Below are positions 11,600 through 19,369 of a DNA stretch of 19,369 bases, piece by piece; position 1 is the stretch's first letter, and each line of letters begins with the position of its first letter. The notes under the pieces were generated by a model, which worked only from the letters and a program-made list of their open reading frames with translations, ran no database searches and had not been told where the DNA came from. Origin of the DNA: Geosiphon pyriformis uo1 (lineage: Eukaryota > Fungi > Glomeromycota). The position numbers were made by a program, and so were the translations under genes. The DNA lies in NCBI GenBank assembly GCA_016748015.1, contig JAAOMT010000209.1:1-19369 (forward strand), read 5' to 3'.

Positions 11600-11800
11600 T
11601 CATAAATAAATTTGTTATCAAGTCTATAAAAATTGATTTTTAAGACTATTTAAAAAACAAAAATTATAAAAATCTGAAAGGTAAATTATAAAAAATTTTA
11701 AACTAAAAGCAGATATTACATGATTTTATATATATTTTAACAAACTTTTTTTGTTATAATTATTATAAAACAGAATTTATTAGTATTTAATAACAAATAA
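11600..11800 (+). mobile_element. Possible hypermutated LINE ORF2 C-terminus
   Basis: Reverted reading suggests KNLKGEL.. followed by a CYNCHKTE-like zinc-finger start. Weak. Confidence 0.25.
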
Positions 11801-13559
11801 AATAAATTTAAAATATCATTAATAATTTTTCTACAAAATTATCAGTATTATAATTTATTTAATTAATTTAATTAATTTTAATAACTTTAAATGAACACAG
11901 AAAAAACAACCATTTTTAATTGTTTAGCCTTAAATAATGTAGTTTTTTTTGGACTATAAATCTTATTATTTTTTTTAAATTTAAATTCTAAATGATGTAA
12001 AAAAACATCTGTAAAAAACTAAAATAATAAAATATTTTGTAATAAAAATTTGCTAAAAAAAATCAATCATCAAGCTTGCTACTAATTAAACATTTGTGTT
12101 ATTATAAAATACTAGAAATATTTTGAACATAAAAGATGACCACTGAATATTAAGCACTAACAAATTAATATTTACTATTATTTAAAAACAACTATAATTA
12201 TCAAAAGTTGTTTATCACAAATTTCATAATTAATTTTATGTACAGAAAATTTACACAAATAAAAAACAATTAAATATAACTAATCATCTAATCTTAATTA
12301 TAATAAATAATTTCATGTGTAAAATTCGAAGCATTAATTTCAATAATATATAATTTAACAAAATCAACATAAATTACTATAAGACAAAAATAAAATTTTG
12401 TTTTAAAAATTTAAATATATTGTTAGCTTAAAATAATTATACAAACAATTTTTTTTCGTTAAAACAATTAATAATATTAATATTCTTAAATAAATCTTAA
12501 TAAAAATTGGCAAGCTTAAAAATTTTTTAAACATTTCTCGCAGAACAAAGTATTTTTTAATCTAAATTGTTTAAACTTTCTTAGAATCTATTAAAATATT
12601 TTAAAAAATGATATATCTAAGAAATTTAACTTAAAACTAATCAAACTTGTATCTTTTAAGCATAATATATAATTTATACTGTTATAATTACTTTAATATT
12701 AGACATATTATGTGCTTTATGTTTTTTTTGGTTTTTAAAATAAATAAAAATATTATTAAAATAACAAATAACAAATAATTTTAAATAATTTTTAAAGATC
12801 ATATTTATCAAATATTAAAACACATTAGATATATTTATTAACCCAAATAATATAATTATAATACATTTAAAAAGCTGTTTTTTATTTATTTATTTTCTTT
12901 ATATATCTTCTTTATCTATCTATATTAAATTATAAATATACAAACAAAAATATAATTAATTAAGTAAATTTGAAATCAGAAATAATAGATATTAATTCTT
13001 AATTGTAATTTTATTATGACTTTAGTTATTTATATAAAGCTTAAAAGCTATTTTTTTAACAAAAAGTATTAAAGCTCTTGTTAAAAACATAAAATTCTAA
13101 ATAAAATATTTTCAAATATTCATAAATTAGTCTAAATAAAAATGCTTTATTTTTTAACAAGTCAATAAAACAATTATATAAGCAATACTTTGACAATAAA
13201 TATGCTTTTTTTTATAAAATATATTAGTATATTCACAATAACTAATAATATTTAAAAATAATTGAGAAGTTTTAACTTATTTTTTCTATTAATATATTAA
13301 ATATAGCTATAATTAATAAAAAGTTTTTAATTAATAAATATTAATAAATTAGATATCTCAAAAAATTAATATCATATATTCTTTAATTAATTAATAGACT
13401 ATATAATAACTAAAAAACAATTTCATTTTAAATATAATTATTGAATTTATTTACAAATCAAGAACAGTTAAAACATATTTTTATCTTATTTATTTTATTA
13501 GCAATAATTATTTTAATTTTAGTTAGCTTTATAAATAATTGTTAATTATTTGTTTTTTA

Positions 13560-15300
13560 ATCTTAAAATTTATTTCAACGATTAATTAACAGAATAACGC
13601 TTAATTTTGCTTATTTATTAGAATTATTAACAACAACAAAAGTTCAGATGCAAGTTTTAATATAATTGGCAATAATAATTCAAAACAACAAAACTATGGT
13701 TTTTAGTTTGCTATTGTAGAATAATTTAATAAATTTTTGGAATCATAGCAATTTTTTTCCCATTAATTTTTACAAAATAGTAAAAATCAAAATAATAGTA
13801 ATTAAATAAAAATAAATAAATGAAAAATTTATCTTTTTAAAAAAACCTATCAACCAATAATTTAAAAGTTTTAATTTTTGAGTTTAGCATTAATTTTGAA
13901 TTTTTAAAAATAATCTTATTACAGAATTTCAAAAATATTTTGGCATTTCTAAAAATAAAAATTTAATAATAATTGTTAAAACAAAAAAAATTGAATTTTT
14001 AAAAGATTTTAGTATTTATATTATAAATATTTTTCAAATATTCAGTAATAACACTTTAACAAATTCATAAAATACAACTGGTATGAAAAATAAAAAAAAT
14101 TTTAATTAAAGAAAACCAAAAGATACAACTAAAGATAAAATTTTCAATATTTGTGCAAAATATGAATTCTATTTAGTAGTCAAAATTTTATAGAAATTTT
14201 TAACTTATATCTATTTAGAAAGTTAATAAACTATTTAAAATCACAAAAATCACAAATGTTTTTTACAACTCAAATTAACTAACAACAGTAATATTAATTT
14301 CTATTTGTGAAGCTTAAATAGCTAAGTATTTTATTGATTTAGTTTTAAACAGTAAATTACTAAAAAACATATTTAACCATTTTTTTAACGTTATTAAAAA
14401 AAGTTTAAATTATAAAATTTATATTAATAAAGTTAGGATTAAAAATTAAAAATTATACAAGAATTATTAAAACAATTAGTTTAAAAAAGTCAAAATTATA
14501 TTCAACTACAAAATTTGTAAGATAACTATATTATTTAAAAAAACAGTTTATAATAACTAAACAATTTTTTCCGAAATTAACAAAAATAATCAACTAAAAA
14601 ACGATCAAATAATACCAAAAAATGCCAAATTTTTGTTTATTTTTTTTTATTAGCAATTATTTACAATATAATTTAATAAATATTTTGCTGCCAATCTGAA
14701 AAATTTAAATAAAATTATTAAAAACATAATATAATATTAAATGTTAATTTAATTGATTTCTTTAATAATAAAACAGAATTTTAACAAAAATAAATAAATT
14801 TTGAAATATGCCAAAAATGAAGTTTTATTACAAATTATTATTATTAAAGTAAAATTTTTAAAGTATTAAACTAATTTAATTTAAAAATTATTTATTTTGT
14901 ATATTAATGTCTTTAATTTCAAATTAAATGTCATATTATTTTAATAACAAAAGCATATTATAGTTAATGGCTCTAACTAAAATTGAATTATAACTCTTAG
15001 TAAAAAATAATTTATCAAAAATAATTATTTATTACATGACAAAAATATTTTAATCTACAAGTTATTAATATAAATATTTTTTGGTATTGTAATTTTAAAA
15101 TAAACAAAATTTAAACATTAAAAATTTATTAAATAAAATATTAACATTTTCTTTAAATTAATTATTTAATAGTAATACACTTAGAAAAAAAACAATTTAA
15201 TTTTCTATAAAATATATCTAATATTATTGATAATATTATAATTAATAATGTTTTATTATATAAAATATGTAATTTAAAAAAACAACAACACATAAAAATA
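13560..15300 (+). mobile_element. Hypermutated Ty3/gypsy relic B: pol (possible protease, RT, RNase H); integrase missing
   Basis: 14888-14944 tta ttt att ttg tat att aat gtc ttt aat ttc aaa tta aat gtc ata tta ttt taa reverts, using only C/G restorations, to PFILYTDASDFGLGAVLSQ. Upstream in order: RKPK..F.ICAxY (about 14110-14165), VYIDxV (about 14417-14434), KAGI.FN...C, IPKNAK. Boundaries approximate. Confidence 0.75.
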
Positions 15301-15475
15301 GATTTTTAATCAATTTATTTAAACAAAAAGCATTATCAAAAAACAGTTTTTTTAGTTTTAATTTCATAAAAAAAAAAAAAAATGTAATTTTTTTTATGTC
15401 AATATGTTTAAATTAAAAAAATAGGTAAAAATTTTATTAATTAATTACTTATATTTAAATAAACAAATATTTTTT

Positions 15476-16024
15476 GCACAGTTTTGTATCTTTTTATTTA
15501 CTAGTGTGTATAAGAAATATATTTTGGTAGATGGTTTGGTTGTTTCAGGCAATGTTTGGTATTTTATTTGCAATATATATTAGACAGTTAATTGTGCTTA
15601 ATAGAAAGTAAGTCTAGGTCTAGGGATTTTGCAGAACTCTTTCATCTAAACTATTGAATAGCACTGTATTGCTTCAGTATAGCACCCTAATTCCCATATG
15701 TTTTCTAATTATACTAGCAGACCTTCAACAGCCCTCCACACATATTTAATGAAAGTGGTCTATAAGAGATTATCAACTGTGATCAGAAAGAGACTTTATA
15801 ATAAGAAGTATCCAGATATGTTATATCTGTTTTGTGATAATATTAAACTGTCAGATTATATTTTCATTTGTCTGAAGAACATTTCAGTATACTCTAAGAT
15901 TTTATCAAGTTACTTTAAATTGTGAGCATTTTTGATGAAACTTTGTTTCCTACTGATTTCTTCAGTATTATATACTCTTCTGTTAGGAATATTAGATGTT
16001 AGTTTTTATCAAATTTTGTGTAAA
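15476..16024 (+). mobile_element. Truncated LINE ORF2 3' fragment, related family, intermediate decay
   Basis: ORF 15698..15925 (YTSRPSTALHTYLMKVVYKRL..RKRLYNKKYPDMLYLFC..SDYIFIC) aligns with the central element (FTSQVSLTLCTYIIKTVHRRL..RKKLYDKCYPSVLCLFC..SDHTFTC). Similarity extends from VVSGN..F..NIY to DVxFYQILCK. Confidence 0.9.
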
Positions 16025-16366
16025 TTTTACCTTTTTTTTGGAAAACTTTAGATTTAAAGTAATTTAGTAATAGCATTTAATGATGTATCTATTTAATGAT
16101 GTCATAATAAGATTTACAGTTTTTGGTTATCATATAAACTTCAAAAATTTTAATAACAGATAAATCTTATAAAAGAGAGAAAAAAGATAAATATTTTTCT
16201 ACAAAAAATGTAATTGGTGTTTTCACGAAAAAATGTAAAACTAAATTCATGTTTTTTCCTGTTTTAATCAATGAAATTCAAGTCCAGATTAAGTATCAGA
16301 GTACAATAGATGTGATAAAGTTAAAGATTAAACACCCACTTATGCAAATAAAAAATAATATGGCAT

Positions 16367-18140
16367 TAGTTTTGGATTGTCTTGGCTAACTTTTTCATAT
16401 TTAACTTAGATCATCTTCCCTCCATAATTCTATAATTTTATAATTCTGCACTTTTGCCACAATGCACTTAAATAATTTTGCTTACTTTTATGAGTTTTGT
16501 ACTATTCATTCAGATTTCATTGTGGATTAATGATAAGAAAACCATCAGGTTGTGTGTATAGCTGTACTATAGTTTTGTTTAATCCTTACCAATTGGAATT
16601 TTCTATCAATAATATCTTAGATCTGTTAAAATTTTGCATGTATTAATTTCAAAAAAGTTTATAGATACCTAAAGAAAAAAAAATTTTATTTTAATAATTC
16701 GTGAATGTTCTCCCCTTGCAATAATCATATCTAAGTAATCTATAAAAGAAAACTGAAAATTAAGGCTAATGCTTTATACTATGTAAACCCAAAATTGGGC
16801 TGGTGGTACTTATTTTAACTTCACCTCTGATACAATGACATGGTGTAATATATTCTTTGCCACACATGCATTTTGAACATAATCTGATATCTTCTTAGAA
16901 TTTTCAACTTCATATAGTTTGAATCTCTCCATGACTGAGATCTTATATGGTTTTTCATTTGTCATATATGCAATGCCATATGCTTTATCAGCATTTTCTT
17001 TCTAATTGGAGATAGACTTCTAATATGCTAAAATGTTGATTGCTTATTGACACTACAAAAAAATGAAAAATGTAGTGACCTTTACTTTAAACACTTAAAA
17101 AAAAACCTTACATTTATAACAAATATTTGAAAATTGATGAAGCATCTTCTTTAACATAGAATAAATGTATGTATTCATAAATTTCTTCTCCAACATATCA
17201 CAGTTCTTAAGAGGATTATTGTATGGCCAGGCATATACATCAAAACTAAAAAAAAACACAAAGTTATCTTTAAGTACTCCAACAAAACAGAGCTCAAAGA
17301 AAAATACTTACAAGACTGGTAATATCTTAAACAAAAGTTGTTTCAATTTTTTTAAAAATACATCTTTTTCTGGCTTCAATAAACTTTTCTTTCTCTTACT
17401 ACCAACTTTCTCTTTCTCATTAATCTGAAATATCAGTTAACATCACAAGCTTCGATATGAACTACATATATAGTGTCTAGCATATTTTGTTACTAAATGT
17501 AACCATTAGCACTTCAAGTTACCATATGTTTGATAACTTGAGTCTTTTGATGAGTAGCAAGTGCATTTGTTATTCTTAATGTATTCACCTATATATTAAG
17601 ACTCATATTAAACTGTGGTTATAGAAAAGTTATGATGAGATTTATGATTAAAACATATTACATATCTTCTCTTCTTTTAGTGTTTATTTCTTCTCAAAGA
17701 ACTCACAAAACTTTGTTATCTTAATTTTGTGCTTAGAAATAGACAAAAGAAAGTAAAATCCAATTCCAAGGAAATAAGAGCCCAATTTAGAGCTCTTGTT
17801 GCATCTTGTAGCACCTACTCCAGAGATTACAGGGCATCCCCTGTTCCTGTGTGGTATACAATTCTGCAAGCCTCTAGACAGTACACCACTTTATGGATTA
17901 CAGGCATTACCTGACCCCATGAGATATATTTCGAATGGGTAATAAAGATTTTATATGCAAGCTTACAAATCTGGTTTCTAAGACCATTGTAGCTCTGCTT
18001 CACTCATCATTTGTAGTTTTCTAGATATTTGCAAAATCTCTTTTCCCATACTGCTCTCAATGAGTTTAGCTTGGAGCTGTTGTTGAAGAAAGGTTTTATT
18101 TTCTCAAGATATCTGGTGAGAATATATGTGTAAAATGCAT
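16367..18140 (-). pseudogene. Multi-exon pseudogene, possibly a fungal PD-(D/E)xK (REase-like) family protein
   Basis: GT..AG introns with pyrimidine tracts at 17311-17246, 17111-17053 and 16824-16740. Exon peptides NNPLKNCDMLEKKFMNTYIYSML and ADKAYGIAYMTNEKPYKISVMERFK..KISDYVQNA. The 5' frame AFYTYILTRYLEK.. carries TGA TGA, TAA and TAG stops that revert to R or Q. Family assignment is inferred from a KAxG...E-like spacing. Confidence 0.6.
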
Positions 18141-18390
18141 TTTAAAAAAAGTTTGTAAGAATATATAAGTTGTTAAATATAGAATATCAGAAATATTCCT
18201 ATTTTTTATTTAGTTTCAGACTTTTATCAAAACTTTATACATCACTTTATGTGGCAAATTTTTTTTTCTAAACTGGGAAAAAGTGCAAAGAAAGGAAAAG
18301 AGTAGGGATGTTAACTTGCCAATTTTAATGATCCTTTTATCAGAATAATCATAGCCATGTAACAAAGCATAAGACTTCAGAATAATCGCA

Positions 18391-18451
18391 AAAAATCACA
18401 ACGTGATATGAAAAGATCACGACGGGATATAAAATGATTGTAATGTGACAC
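18391..18451. repeat. Three imperfect ~20-bp tandem units with a quasi-palindromic core
   Basis: Cores ATCACAACGTGAT, ATCACGACGGGAT and ATTGTAATGTGAC, each preceded by an A-run. Confidence 0.5.
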
Positions 18452-18760
18452 AAACACGGCTTCTTTTATACAAATAAACTAGAGCTGTTGGAGAAACTTC
18501 TTGGCAAACGAAAGGGTTTTTACTATTTTACATAACGGAAACTTCTGAGAAATCTTTTCAAGCATTTTAATAAAAAATCTTGACATGAATTTTTATTTGA
18601 TTAAAACTTCGATAAAATAAAAAATATACATATATTCTTAATATACATTATAGTTTTTTGTATATATTTTTTTTATTATATATATGTGCTTTATAATTTG
18701 TGAATATATTTTAAATAAAAATTTTATATTTCTTATATATCTTTAATATACGTATTACTA

Positions 18761-18981
18761 CACTGTGTACAACTTAGTTCCGACCAAAAAATTTTTAAGT
18801 GGCTAAATTTGAGATGTCGATCTGCTATCACGGGACACAGAAACGTTGTAATTTTATTGGTGCAACTTCGAGTTCCCGGATCACTTGTTCACGTGATTTC
18901 ACAACCGTGACTTGCATGCCTTACTGTAACACGATAATAATTAATGTTTGGATTAGGGACTGATCAGGGAATGTTTAAAAA
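18761..18981. mobile_element. Possible end of a Tc1/mariner-type element or CpG-rich regulatory segment
   Basis: TA|CACTGTGTACAAC.. start, retained CpGs and a TCACGTGA box. No partner TIR is seen in the window. Confidence 0.25.
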
Positions 18982-19093
18982 TACAGTCAGACCTCTATAA
19001 AAGAACACAGTTGGGACATGCAAATTATGTTCCATTTTAGTGGTGTTCTATTATAATTATTATCAAATAAACTATATTTATTTATTAAATCAA

Positions 19094-19096
19094 TCA

Positions 19097-19146
<50 letters not shown>

Positions 19147-19369
19147 AATATTGATTGATTGTTACCTGTTTTTTAGAATCTTCCTTCATTTTTTCGTATT
19201 CATCAAATTTTTTTCTAAGTAAATTTTGTTTTCTATACTCAAATTTTCTTCTGCTAATTGCTCTTCAAATCTAATTACCTTTTTTAATGCTTCATATGCT
19301 TCTGTAATTGTAATTATAGCAGGTGGAGATTCTTTTAATTCTTCTTCCGATTCATTAATTGTATTGGTT
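19094..19369 (-). pseudogene. C-terminus of a pogo/CENP-B-like transposase, with one frameshift near 19228
   Basis: Acidic stretch ESEEELKESPPAIITITEAYEALKKVIRFEEQ, then after a shift LLRKKFDEYEKMKEDSKKQVTINQYF. The terminal QxxIxxYF matches the PCNA-binding PIP box known for pogo transposases. Confidence 0.65.
19097..19144. repeat. Perfect (ATT)16 microsatellite
   Basis: Directly visible. Confidence 0.97.

Larger units (their letters stand above)
18984..19369 (-). mobile_element. 3' end of a pogo/Tigger-like DNA transposon (runs off the window)
   Basis: TA target at 18982-83, then CAGTCAGACCTCTATAAAAGAACAC, a pogo-style TIR. Subterminal inverted copy: tataaaagaacac (18996-19008) versus gtgttctattata (19043-19055). 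Transposase-like C-terminus adjacent. Confidence 0.72.

Noticed and set aside
17165-17914. ORFs 17165..17428, 17684..17869 and 17729..17914
   Set aside because: Antisense or off-frame relative to the spliced minus-strand pseudogene.
18391-18451. CRISPR-like array
   Set aside because: Only three degenerate abutting units, no unique spacers, no cas genes, eukaryotic context.
19040-19222. 60-aa ORF with poly-Ile
   Set aside because: Artefact of the (ATT)16 array, antisense to the transposase tail.

Overview
Eukaryotic, probably fungal, transposon graveyard. The protein styles resemble Glomeromycota/Mucoromycota repeats; this is inference, not a database result. The centre (about 2598-9385, minus strand, ~40% GC in sampled lines) is a near full-length non-LTR retrotransposon. 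Its ORF1 has RRM-like segments and a zinc knuckle, and its ORF2 has APE endonuclease, RT, RNase H and a CCHC finger. It is inactivated by 9 transition-type stops and 2 frameshifts. The flanks (1-2600 and 9400-15450, roughly 10-15% GC) look like noise but can be decoded by reverting C>T and G>A changes. They hold a minus-strand Ty3/gypsy pol (RT, RNase H, integrase) split by the LINE insertion, and a second, plus-strand Ty3/gypsy pol relic at about 13560-15300. Further right lie a LINE 3' fragment of intermediate decay, an intron-containing pseudogene, and the 3' end of a pogo/Tigger-like DNA transposon. The main signal is a stratified, both-strand, near-saturating cytosine-to-thymine erosion of repeats. 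It is RIP-like but apparently not restricted to one dinucleotide context, and it comes with many small deletions.
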